From Octopus sinensis (lineage: Eukaryota), in the NCBI RefSeq assembly GCF_006345805.1, contig NC_042998.1, forward strand, positions 168,950,001 to 169,014,000: a DNA stretch of 64,000 bases, written 5' to 3'. The translations under genes and the position numbers were made by a program. Positions 24,816 through 37,123 of the stretch are shown one piece after another (within the stretch, counting starts at the first letter, position 1; the number at the start of each line of letters is the position of its first letter). Under the pieces are notes generated by a model. The model was not told the origin of the DNA. It saw only the letters and a program-made list of their open reading frames with translations, and did no database searches.

Positions 24816-26282
24816 GAGAGACCAAACGAGAGATGATTTTTTAAATGAAATGGGTCTAGAAACGTTTGCTAATATCAACAACCATAAATCTTAAATATTA
24901 TAAATGATCCCCTATTAGCCCTTGATGTCTTCTGATGTCAAGCCTAATTCGAAGCTTTTAACAATCATTGATTTTTAATTGCGTAAAGTAGATTACAAAA
25001 ATCAAATCTTGCCATGATCAACATTGTCACTCATGCTTTCGATGGGAGTTCGATAAAATAAAGTAATCAGTTAGTAATCGACTTGCCTCCTTTCCTCAAA
25101 ATTGCTGGCTTTATGAAAAATCAGAAAGAATTGACAAAAGTATGTATGTAGTTTAATGCTACTGCAAAAATTTGTATTGGAGAAGGTACAAAGGTCAGCA
25201 AAGGTCTAGAAGAGCCAAACCTGATTTTGTGTTTCCACGGGAACCGTCAGCAGATAGCAAAATATTAATTAAAATCAAGAAATAAATACATCAATACTGG
25301 GGTGTGTAAGTATTATATTCTATCTCTATTTGTCACTAAAAGAATGTTTTTATTCCTTGACCTACTTTATAGATATTAGTGCATCTTATATAAGGTAATT
25401 ATAATTTCTGTAATAGGGAAGTCAAGATTTACTCAAGGGCACAATATGCACTTGAAGTAGGGTATACTGTATTGAAACTACTAATACAACGCTATCAATT
25501 TGATTATTGCCTCTTGCACATGGTTTGCTTAACATAATATTATCTGATGCCTGAAAGCTGTGTTTGAAATCCAATTTACACATTATCGACATCTTGCCTG
25601 CGTAAATCTATCACCACTTGCAAACATTTGCTGAAATTAATATCAGTTTTTCTGAAGGTATTCTCTGTTCAAAACAGCTGTATAGTCCTCGTTTCCTAGC
25701 CGTCAGCTTATAAATTATTTTGGGAATTTTACTGCCTCTCCAACAAATAAGAATCCCCCAAATTATGAAGTATATTATCACATTATAAGAATAGAACATC
25801 ACGTGTGTGTGTGTGTATGTGTGTGTGTGCGCTTTAGCATGTGTTGGGTTGTATTTAGCATGAGAGATTTAGCATATGTTGAGTTGTATTTGTGTATATG
25901 TGCTGTACTTCATATGTATCTGAGAGTTGTGTTCGGTGGGCTAGAGGTTTATACCTGCATGCATGTATGTGTGTTCGTAATATGTGTGCGAGTGTTCGTG
26001 CGAGCGCGTGTGAGTGTATGTGTGTGTGCAGTGTGTTACACTAAGAAGCGGAGCACTTTACCAGAATTTTTGCCTGAATTCAAATCTAACAAACTACTCC
26101 AAATCGCTGTATCCGCATAAGTGGAGTCAAGACCAGCTACTTTGTACTGGAGGAAGGTTTACGTAATGGATGCATTTCTTATTATATATTATGCAAACTT
26201 GAAACGTACGTATTAAATTATTTCATGATATCACTATTTGGTTTGCCTTCATTATTACAACTATGTATATATGTAGTCCTGT

Positions 26283-26560
26283 GAGGACGCATGGCTTAGT
26301 TGTTAAGGTATTGCACTCACGATCGCAAGATGGAGGTTTCAATTCCTAGGCCTGATGGTATGTTGTGTTCTTGAGCAAAACACTTCATCTCACGTGGCTC
26401 TGCGATCACCTCGACACTTAAAGTCTGGTACACCGTGCAGTTGTCCAGGCAACGTCGATTTGATGGAGGGAGTGATCACCTGATCACTATAAATAAATCA
26501 CTTGTGATGGTCGTTCGGCAAAAGCTAGACACTCTCTCGTCGCCTTCGACGGAAGAGTCA
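26283..26560 (+). mobile_element. tRNA-derived CORE-like SINE (diverged; relative at about 49910-50100)
   Basis: GCATGGCTTAGTTG head; GTTCTTGAGCAAAACACTTCATCTCAC core. Confidence 0.7.
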
Positions 26561-26561
26561 A

Positions 26562-26597
<36 letters not shown>

Positions 26598-26617
26598 AGA
26601 GAGAGATAGATAGATAT

Positions 26618-26696
<79 letters not shown>

Positions 26697-27711
26697 TAGA
26701 TATATGAGTGTTAAAAGACGTGGATCTATATCATCATACGGTTATCACAGAAAGCTCTTCTTACAGAGTCGGCTATCAGTCCACATATTAATCGATTACG
26801 AACAATTATAAAATACACTGTCCGTGTAACTGAAAATTCAAAAGATCCAATTAATAAAAATTATTTCATGAGTATATAAGGCCATAAAGTCAGGAGGTAT
26901 GTGAACTGAATACATAAATATTCAACCATGTCGTTTCCAAAAGGCTACCACCTTTTCGCAACCTGGTTCGTTTCAATGTGGAAGAAATTATGCATATAGG
27001 TTTACATTAATATGTATGTTCAGCATTAAACAATGCAGTTGTATATTCACAAATTAACGTAAATAAAGAAAGCACTGGAACATCATGGTTACCCTGACGA
27101 TTCAGATTTAAATACACACACAAAATGTCCTCTTTTTTGTACAAGCTTGGACAATGTTAAACAGGACAATATTAAATTGATTCGAGCATTAAACAGATAT
27201 ATTGTATTGTTCTTATCAATTAAGTAGTAAGGAGAATATAAGGAAGCGGCTTGCCTTAATATAAACAAATAACAAAACGAATTATGAACATGAAGTAAAA
27301 TACATAAAATTAAAGAATAGATAGCATAAAAATATATAAGCAAATAATATAAATGAATTTTTAGCCAATGTAATTATGTAATTATGTAGATGGGTAAAAG
27401 GCTGGAGATTTAAGGATTCCACAAAAGACATGGATGAATGTTAGGTGAAGTAAAACCAAGAAACAAGGTTCAACAAGAGTGAAAACTGGGAGTTAACAAG
27501 GTCACAGAACTTTACAAAAAGCATTTCAACCTTCAAGAAGTTTATTCACTCATTAACCAAACCTCAAATATACTTTCCAATATACGGAACTGGAATGCAA
27601 AAGACATACACGCGCATACATAGAAATATATCTACAGGAGTATATGTACTTACATATAAGTATTAAAATGCACACACATACACACTCAGACATATATATA
27701 TATATATATAG

Positions 27712-27910
27712 AGGGAAAGTTTACGAAAAAAAAATAAAAGACGAAGACAGGTGGTGTACAAAACAAACAGATGTATTAGTATAACGCTCAGGAATAGAAA
27801 AAGTATTTTACGTTTCTAGCCTACGCTCTTCTACAGAAAGGTACACAGAAAAAACAAGGAGAGAAACAAGAAAAAAATGTGTGTAGTGGCTAACGATCTA
27901 TCATGGTGGA
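27712..27910 (-). mobile_element. Penelope-like 3' tail with variant-core hammerhead, copy 1
   Basis: Reverse complement of 29383-29568; contains CTTT-CTGTAGA-A-GAGC[GTAG]GCTA-GAAA-CG-TA-AAAT; embedded in (TA)n. Confidence 0.6.
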
Positions 27911-27931
27911 ATATATATATATATATATATA

Positions 27932-28639
27932 TTTAGCAATTAAGGACAACTACTTAATAAGGAAAACTTAACAAGAAATTGTCAGGTAGATAGCGTGAAA
28001 ACCTCATAAGAGAAAAAATTTTTTTAAATGTCTTACTTTGAAAAATTGCATTCGGTGGGATTAGTAATATTTTTGGTAGAAATGACTAATTGTCCCTCTT
28101 AGCGTGTGGCATTTATGTATAATGCCTTCTGGCATGTATGTATAATGCCCTCTATATATAAATTAATATGTTCAATAAGAAATAATTATTTTCGAAATTT
28201 TTTCTCTTATGAGGTTTTCACGCTATCTACCTGACAATTTCTTGTTAAGTTTTCCTTATTAAGTAGTTGTCCTTAATTGCTAAATTTTTATTCCGAAAAA
28301 ACTTTTCCTCTCCCGAAATGCAATTCGTAAAAGTTGCCATTTATCGGATGTAATATATGTAAACTCACCCATGTGCTTCGTTGATGTTGATCAGTTAGCT
28401 GATCGGCTTAAGCGGGGCAGGGTTGTTGTTTATTTATAATACATTCAGGCCTGCTGATGAATACGTAAGTATGAAATCACTGTGATACAGGTCTATATTT
28501 TTTTAATGTCTTACTTTGAAAAATTGCATTCGGTGGGATTAGTAATATTTTTGGTAGAAATGACTAATTGTCCCTCTTAGCGTGTGGCATTTATGTATAA
28601 TGCCTTCTGGCATGTATGTATAATGCCCTCTATATATAA
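27932..28639 (+). mobile_element. Young rearranged hammerhead-containing element (Penelope pLTR-like)
   Basis: Perfect 89-bp inverted repeat (27932-28020 / 28196-28284), perfect 135-bp direct repeat (28027-28161 / 28505-28639), hammerhead at 28448-28493, (TA)n on both flanks. Confidence 0.8.
28448..28493 (+). ncRNA. Intact type I hammerhead ribozyme (AUA triplet)
   Basis: GGCCTG-CTGATGA-ATAC[GTAA]GTAT-GAAA-TCACTGTGA-TA-CAGGTC; 6-bp stem I, GNRA-capped stem II, near-palindromic stem III. Confidence 0.88.
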
Positions 28640-29063
28640 TATATATATATATATATATATTAAGCAAATTACTGTTGAACAATATTTCTTCGTCACTGCT
28701 GTTTTTTTTTACTTTTTAGTACTAAAAGTATTTGCAAAGTAATCTATACAGGCTTCAGTGAATTACGCTATGCTGGTAAAGTCCAGTATGACCGAAACAT
28801 ATCCAAAATTGGTCTCCCTAACTGCAAACAGAGTTTCTATTTTCCTATTTTGGGGAAACAATTATATTTTTCATTTTCTTTTTTTTAGATATTCCCCTTT
28901 TCTTAGACAGTCGTTAGCAATTACTGTAAATTATTTTTGTCATTTTCCTTTTTGTTTTCTTTCTCTAACGAAGAGGCAAATTACACTTAACTCAATTTTT
29001 TAACGTATGACTTACAGTGCATTTATGCATGTGCAGCACACATCTAGATTCCTCACAGTAGCT

Positions 29064-29180
29064 CAAATATTGGGTCTCAATATCACCATAGATTTCTCCT
29101 GGCGTAAAGACATCTGTAACACAGCCAAGACTGCATCACAAAGACCGGCACTTCTCTTCCATACAGCTTCCGTCTACTAA
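29064..29180 (+). pseudogene. CR1/Jockey-group LINE RT thumb fragment
   Basis: QILGLNITIDFSWRKDICNTAKTASQRPALL matches LGV.I..DLSW..HI....K.AS.RL. Confidence 0.6.
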
Positions 29181-29275
29181 ATTCTCTCACATGTCATAAG
29201 TACAGTGGAAATGAACCCGAAACCAGGTACTTGCAAAACAAGCTTTTTAACTACACAGCCATGAATATATATATG

Positions 29276-29370
<95 letters not shown>

Positions 29371-29382
29371 ATATATATATAT

Positions 29383-29568
29383 CGCTAGCCACTACACATT
29401 CTTTATTTTCTCTCCTTGTTTCTTTCTGTGTTCCCTTCTGTGGGTGGAAGAGCGTAGGCTCGAAACGTTAAAGACTTTTTCACTTCCCGAACGTTATATT
29501 AATACATATGTTTGTTGTCTACACCACCTGTCTTCGTCTTTTGTTGTTTTTTTTGTGAATTCTCCCCT
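29383..29568 (+). mobile_element. Penelope-like 3' tail with variant-core hammerhead, copy 2
   Basis: CTT-CTGTGGGTGGA-A-GAGC[GTAG]GCTC-GAAA-CGT-TA-AAG; (TA)n flanks. Confidence 0.6.
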
Positions 29569-29584
29569 ATATATATATATATGT

Positions 29585-29632
<48 letters not shown>

Positions 29633-30184
29633 GTGTGCGTGTGTGTGTTTGGAAATGTAAAGATCTAGATAAAATAATAAAACGAATTCGAGCCAGTACT
29701 TCCACTTTTGCTGCCAATTCATCGTCCAAAATATAATTATACTATCAATTTATTAGTTAGGTTCGAGTTTAATTTGTGTTTGTAACAGTCGCAATCGATG
29801 TAATCGAAGCGAGTATATTTTGTCTGAACTAGAAAAATCAAGGTCAACAAGTCAGGTCTTGAATGTAGAATGAATAGAACGGTAATATATACGGCAAAGT
29901 CTTTCTACCAACTTCAACTCACTTAATTTCTGCGCAATAATCAAACACCTACAAAATACAAATACAAGCTGCTTCAAAGATTTAAAAATTGATTTTTTTT
30001 TTCTCTTCTGTAATTACTTGTAGGTTTTTTTGCTTTTAAGCATGCTGACACCAACCCGCCAGAAATCCGTCTCTGGTTTTATGACACAAACTTACTGTTT
30101 TTGAAGTGATCGAAATAAAAACCTTCCATCAAAATTTCATGTGAATTTATGCTCCAAATACAACCTTAATAATGGTTTCAACTT

Positions 30185-30690
30185 TTGGCACAAGGCCAGC
30201 AAGTTCGGAGTAGGAGGTAAATCGTTTACATTGACCCCAGTGCTCAACTGGTATTTATTTATCGACCCTGAAAGGAGGAAAGGCTAATTCGACGCCAGCG
30301 AATAGAAACAAAAAATAATTTCAAAATTTGGCACAAGACCAGAAATATCGGGGAAGTGGATAAATCGTTTACATCGACCCCAGTTCTCAACTGGTACTTA
30401 TTTTATCGACCCCGATGGAATTTGAAATAAAAATGTTAAAGAGACAAACGTATTACCTATTTCTTTACTGCCCACAAGGGGCTAAACACAGAGAGGACAA
30501 ACAAGGACAGACAAACGGATTAAGTCGATTATATCGACCCCAGTGCGTAACTGGTACTTAATTTATCGACCTCGAGAGGATGAAAGGCAAAGTCGACCTC
30601 GGCGGAATTTGAACTCAGAACGTAACGGCAGCCGAAATACCTGCTAAGCATTTCGCCCGGCGTGCTAATGATTCTGCCAGCTCGTCCACT
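30185..30690 (-). mobile_element. Nest of three SINE family A pieces inside a probable MITE
   Basis: Repeated ATCGACCCCAGT...AACTGGTAC..ATTTATCGAC cores; the last copy is complete to its head (...CTGCCAGCTCG). Confidence 0.8.
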
Positions 30691-31437
30691 TTCGTCGCTT
30701 TAATAATGACAAAGTTATTTAACTAAATTTTCTAGTATTTTCAAAATTAATTTAAACAAAGACAGAATATTTCAGAAATAATAAGGTAACAGAAAGGTTG
30801 AGATTGAAGCCATCAAGGACGTATCTACGTTAGAAAAACGCGCCAAATACCATTCAATCACACTCTACCACCTTAATAGTGTAAAGACATGATAGGAGTC
30901 TTTTTAAAAAAAACTGCTAGAATTCTTTAACTATACTTTTAACTATTTAAGTTTATTTGATCCGAGCTGGTCTGTTACTGAACAACAACAAAATGAGGTT
31001 ACAAGTGAAAGTGTGTAATTAATTCATTGTCAAATAAGATAGATCTTTATGGCAATGACAGCTGTGATGGACATTCGTTAAACTATACTAAGGATGTTAG
31101 CGTAACGTCGTGATTTTGTTTCGAAGGCAAATAATAGTGTGTTAGTTATTAACAACTGCAACAAGTTTGAAGTAACATTGTATTTTTTTTCTTTTATGCC
31201 TACCCTTTTATATATTACGAGTATACGGCCTCTTGTTTTACGAACCGAATAACTATTATCCTATTTCGTTTGCAATCAGTAGCTATATGAGCATACCTCA
31301 ACTTATGTCGGGAATTGATCCCAATGCATGTGACTTAACTTGAAAATTGACGTAACACTTAAAAATTCATTAAAACCAACTGGAATTAAATGTATATAAC
31401 ATTTTACCTTTGTATGCATTAAGAACGACATTAAGCA

Positions 31438-31648
31438 CGAGGGACCGCTGAAAAGTTCTTGGCTTTGGGTAAAAGACAATACAGGAGGATCAGTTAATTA
31501 TGATTTTATTCAACATATTCCCCTCTCAGGTGTATTGCGGCGGTCCTTCAATTTTTCTAAGCCTTGCGGAAGAACTCGGAAGGTTGGTCCTCCAACCAGA
31601 CCTTTCGCGATACCCTTAAAACCAAGAACTTATTTTAGCACCCCGTCG
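31438..31648 (-). mobile_element. mariner-derived MITE, copy 2 (same family as 19042-19233, opposite orientation)
   Basis: CGAGGGACCGCTGAAAAGTTCTTGG...CCAAGAACTT....AGCACCCCGTCG|TA; shared interior. Confidence 0.8.
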
Positions 31649-32196
31649 TACATTTTTCCGAACACCTAGGCTCAGAAATAGAGCTATACGGAAATACCTC
31701 AACATACGTCGGTAATTGTTACAAGATCCGGTCTCTCCCCCACATCTATAGATGTATAATTAAGTTATATCGATGAGCCTAGGAGTCCCTTGGATCTGGA
31801 TGTTGCAGCACACATATCACCTGTATCTAGAAAGCATCGGTCGTGGCATACAGCCTATCTTAGATATCTAAAGCTTGGTGAAGCCCCTCACCTCCAGGCT
31901 TAACAACAGCCTATTTTGTCCCACAGGGGAGAGAGAGAAACACACACACACAAATAAAGAAGAAAAGGGAAGAAGTTTCGACTGGCACTCTATCACCTCC
32001 GAAGATGTGAAAGACAAAGCTGGGCCGTTGGGATTTGGACTCAGAGCACAGAGAACCTGTACAGATACTATAATGCATTTTATCGAACACTCTAACAGCT
32101 CTACCAATCTACACATCACACACGCACACATATATAGAAGTGCATGTGTATGTACATATATGTGTGTATGTGTGTGTGCATGTATAAGTGTGTGTG

Positions 32197-32227
<31 letters not shown>

Positions 32228-32287
32228 CTATGGGTATTCATATACATGTATATGTGTGTGTATGTATATGCATATTTATATACATGC

Positions 32288-32357
<70 letters not shown>

Positions 32358-32364
32358 TATAAAT

Positions 32365-32900
32365 AAAGTCAATCGCCACGTCAAAGTGACTGTTCCATGT
32401 TACTACTAGGCAGATCATCCACCAGCTGGTTATCGGTGCGCCGCTGCACCCTTTATATACAATATATATTGCTAGCAGGGGTGTGAAACCCTACCATCCT
32501 CTAGCAGGCAACATCGCGAGACAGATTTGAGCTGGTTGGCTTGTCTTCAGCCGCGTGTACCTGACTCCTTGAGCAATTGTAAACAAAGTGACCATCGATC
32601 ACTGATTCGCAACAAGCAAAATAATTTTGTTTACAATGTATTGCTGGTTGAAGCGGACCCTAGTTATCGCTCTAGGGGCCAGGTACTCGCGACTGAGGAT
32701 GAGCCAAGCAGCTCGAAATTGAGTCAGTCCCATGATCCTGTTGTCTGCTAGAGGATGTTAGGGGTTCACTCCCCCTGCTAGCAAATATATATTGCATATA
32801 AACGGGTGCAGCGTCGGACCGATAACCAGCTGGCTGAAGATCTGCCTGGGGTTAAACTAATAGTAACATGGAAAACCACTTTGATGTGGCTATTGACTTT
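32365..32900. mobile_element. Foldback/MITE with ~200-bp imperfect inverted arms
   Basis: AAAGTCAATCGCCACGTCAAAGTG...TGCTAGCAGGGG versus CCCCTGCTAGCA...CACTTTGATGTGGCTATTGACTTT; inner TTGTAAACAAA / TTTGTTTACAA pair. Confidence 0.8.
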
Positions 32901-32971
32901 ACTTGTTAGTATAGTTACTAACTCTGATCTCTTCTTGAGATTTTACAACTAGCTATTTTGCTTAATATTTT

Positions 32972-33297
32972 GAGACCCCCTTCGGTCATGACTGACCGTG
33001 GGATTGCACCTAGAAAGTTACCCTGCACAAGTCCGGGCAAGGTTGTTTATGGAAAACCAGCAGTTACCCATGCATACGGGCGTCCCCTCTCCACGCCACC
33101 AGTATTATGCAAGGGAAAAGCAACAGCAGATTCAGCTTGGCTCCAGTGACGTCGCAACTCATTTCTACAGCTGAGTGAACTGGAGCAACGTGAAATAAAG
33201 TGTCTTGCTCAAGAACACAACATGCAGCCCGGTCCGGGATTCGAACTCACAACCTTACGATCGTAAGCTCGACGCTCTAATCACTGAGTCATACGCC
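32972..33297 (-). mobile_element. Complete SINE family C with intact A and B boxes
   Basis: Reverse complement of the 5662 copy plus GAGTTCGAATCCCGG (33234-33248). Confidence 0.88.
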
Positions 33298-33317
33298 TTC
33301 TCTTATATATGTGTGTG

Positions 33318-33387
<70 letters not shown>

Positions 33388-33413
33388 TGTATGTATGTAT
33401 ATATATATATATA

Positions 33414-33507
<94 letters not shown>

Positions 33508-33876
33508 TAAGAGGTGAGTGCCTGAGTAGAAGATTGTTCCTTCCAGATATGTAGCGATTTTGTTTTGGTAGTATTGAAGGGGATTACGTCGGCAAAATAT
33601 CATTGGAGAATGATTAGAAAGTTTGTGTTCATTGAAGTGGTGCATGTGTCGCGTGAGTTATCTATGTTGCGTGTTCACATGGCCTCTCTGCAGGTGGCTG
33701 TTGCTTTCTGTGTAAGTATTTTTAGAAGTAACAAACCAGTGGATTATTAATATATAAAAACCGATAATGTGGGTAACATAACCATGCGTTTGGGAGTATG
33801 TGGCTAAGAGGTATCTTTATCTGTGCATGCTGTTTGCGAGGGACGTTGCTGCCCATGAAATGAGAGCTGAAAGAAA

Positions 33877-34039
33877 GACGTGGTTGTAGAGTAAGAAGCT
33901 TGCTTCCCAACTACATGGTTCCGGGTTTAGTCCCACTGCGTGAAATCTAGGGTGTCATCTTCTATTGCCTAGGACCGATAAAAAAGGCCTTGTGAGTGGA
34001 TTTGACAGACGAAAATTGAAAGAAGTCCGTCGTGTGTGT

Positions 34040-34130
<91 letters not shown>

Positions 34131-35041
34131 TCAGAGGAATATGGTACTTAAGTTGAGGCACCAGAATTTAGTACGGTATTATCCATGCAATTTCCTTGAC
34201 AAAGAAAAAAGAAGAAAAAGAATGTGACAGTGCCGGCGGTTAGCAGTACACTGCCGGCATGTTCCGAAAGTTCGTCGGTGGGAATTGTGCCACCGACGGA
34301 GGAACTGTGGCCCCCTCCCAGTATAATAAATTAGGAATTTGTGATCTTATTTCTTAATGGAGGAGCCGTAGGGAACTTTGTGAGGAATCTGGAAGGTCGG
34401 GAACAGGTGTTCCTGACCTGCATTGAAAGCCCGGATTGGCCTCCGCAGGTGGCTGCGGAGGTCATGGAGATTAAATTATTTCTACAGGGTGATGATTCTT
34501 TTACCAAGGATGAATACAATTATCTCTTATGGGGCCCCGGCTTGCAACTGCAGGCGGCAAGAGACTTAATCGGGGAGGTAGAGTAAGAGGTCTAAGTGCT
34601 TCGATTCGAACTTAGTGATTTTGGTAAGAGGCTTAGTGCCTCAAGTTGAATATATTCGCTGAACTTGTTTTGATTGGTAAGAGGCTCAACGCCTCAATTT
34701 CTAACTCTTGTAAGAGACAACACCTCATTTGTGTTTTAAAAAAACAACAATGTTATCGGGAAGTAACAATCGGCGGGCGTTGGCTGCTTCCCCCACCAAC
34801 CATCTCTTTTGTCATTTCATCATCATCATCGTGTCTGTGTCCAGCCCGCAAGCTTCCATCTGTATTATGCCTTTATGGCAAATGCAAGGAAATGCAAGGA
34901 AATAAAGGAGCTTGCTTCTCAACCACATGGTTCTGAGGTTCAATCCTACTGCGTGACAAGTTGGGCAAGTGCCTTCTACTATAACCTAGGCTGACAAAAG
35001 CCTGGTGAGTGGACTTAGTAGACGGAAACAGAAAGAAGACC

Positions 35042-35081
<40 letters not shown>

Positions 35082-35440
35082 TGCATGTATTCATATACGT
35101 AGACACGCGCACGCACACACATTCACACACACGCATGCACACACACACACACCACACACACACACACACATATATATGCATAGGCGCAGGCGCAGCGGTG
35201 TGATAAGAAGTTTTCTTCCCAACTACATAGTTCCAGCATGACCGCAGTCAAATGTCTAAACGAAATAAACATTTTTTTTCTCTCTCTAGTTTCAGCTCAG
35301 AGCTGTTTCCATGCCGATGCACCGCCGCTAAAAGGTGTTTTCGCTCAATAAACACACACAACGCCCGGTCTGGGAATCGAAACCGCGATCCTCCGACCGC
35401 GAGTCCGCTGCCCAAACCACTGAACCATTGCGCCTCCAAA
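33877..35440. mobile_element. SINE cluster: family B heads at about 33877-34030, 34895-35045 and 35182-35250; family C-like minus copy at about 35280-35440
   Basis: Same head and core motifs as 18175-18570 and 32972-33297; the cluster surrounds the unique island at 34130-34730. Confidence 0.75.
34341..34586 (+). other. Unrecognised 81-aa ORF in a GC-rich, hairpin-dense island
   Basis: Natural-looking composition; the same frame extends upstream past one TAG (..VPPTEELWPPPSIIN*EFVILFLNGG..). Possibly a retroelement ORF1 remnant; no family recognised. Confidence 0.3.
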
Positions 35441-36243
35441 TATATAAAGATATAATAGAAAAGAGAGATCTAGTAGAAGGAAAATGCTTCCTTGTTCGTA
35501 AATATAAGCAAAAGAGGTGTATGTTGTACCATGAGAGGTAACGAAGACTAAGGCGCCGGGTGGATCCTTTTGACTGCAAACAAAAAATGTTTACTTGGGT
35601 CTTGTTGATTGGTGATAACGTAAGACAGATTTATGAACTTATATTAACCAATCAGAGAGCAGATAATTTACATTAACGTTGGAGAAATAGATGGAGAGAG
35701 TAAAGAAAATAAAGTGTCGGGTAATGAGAAAAAGAGCAAATGTGTATGTATGTTTGTGTTTGTTTATGTGTTCGTTTGTCTACGCATGTGTAGATAGATG
35801 TGTGTATGTGTACGTCTGCGTGTGTATGTAAATGTGTGTGTGTGTGTATGTATACGTATGAGTATGTTTGTGTGTACGCGCGTGCATGAATAATAAAAAG
35901 AAGAGCAAGGTAAACATGGAACACAGAAAGAATGATGCGGCGAGACACATGAGGAAAGGATGGGAGAGAGGAAGAGAAACAGAGAAGATTAGAGGGAGAG
36001 AAAGAGAGAAGATTAGAGGAAGAGAAAGAGAGAAGATTAGAGGATGGGAAAGGAGGAGGAAGAGAGTGAGAAAGCAGAACAATAACGATGAAAAAAGAGA
36101 AGCTAAGAGAAATGAAGTGAAGAGATTTTAGCATGTGTTGAGTTGTTTGTGTGTATGTGCTGTGCTTGCTTCATATGTATCTGAGAGTTGTGTTCGGTGA
36201 GCTAGAGGTGCGGGCATGCATCTGTGTGTGTGTGTGTGTCTGT

Positions 36244-36327
<84 letters not shown>

Positions 36328-37082
36328 GTCTGTGAGTGCATGTGAATGCGTCTTTTGTGTATGTCTATATGTATGTATAATATTCAAATAAACATGACGT
36401 CAATAAATATGCGACCTTGAAAGCCCGAAATTTTCACAGACAGCTTCGTCCAATAGACTCTTGCTTACATGACTTGCAGCAGATGGTTGGTTGTCAGATG
36501 CATGCCAGTGCAGAATGCAAAGCACTCACGCGCGCAACATTTCAAATGAAACATGACCTTGAATGTCTAAAATTTTTCGTCCATCCACTTAGCTTCACCT
36601 GTCTCTATTGCACGTTGGTTAGTTGGTTGCAAACAGCTTACATATTCTGCTCCGTGTTCCCGGGCAAATAGCTACGTTCCTAGCTTCTTTTATCACGTGA
36701 AATAAATGCTTAAAATTATACAATACACAACAGTTCCGTATTCACGTTGATACTTGAACATTATATAACAATAACAATAAAACAAAATCAGTAAGCGACA
36801 GACGTTGAGATAGTAATGGGTGTTTATATGCTGAGAGATATAGACGCGTGCGTACATACATTCATAGGTGTTCTCGCAACACATATCTGCATATATGCAA
36901 ATATCTAGTTTTATACATACATACATATATATCATATATATATATATGCAAAGGCACATATACGTAAATAAAGAAATGCATTCGTAGTATAATCATGCGC
37001 ACATACTGACTAAATTACATATAAATGCATATATATGCACATAATGAGTTGCATGCACATACTTTGCTGTTGTTGTTGCTAG

Positions 37083-37123
<41 letters not shown>

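Noticed and set aside
31665-31783. 10-bp inverted repeat CCTAGGCTCA/TGAGCCTAGG as a mini-MITE
   Set aside because: Too short, single copy, and no clear TSD.
34253-34265. GCCGGCATGTTCC resembling the 5' end of the HDV ribozyme
   Set aside because: No downstream P1 partner, P3/L3 or catalytic C strand on either strand; the GCCGGC pairs upstream instead.
34583-34727. CRISPR array
   Set aside because: Eukaryotic context, degenerate repeats, irregular spacing and no cas genes; kept only as a hairpin-repeat observation.
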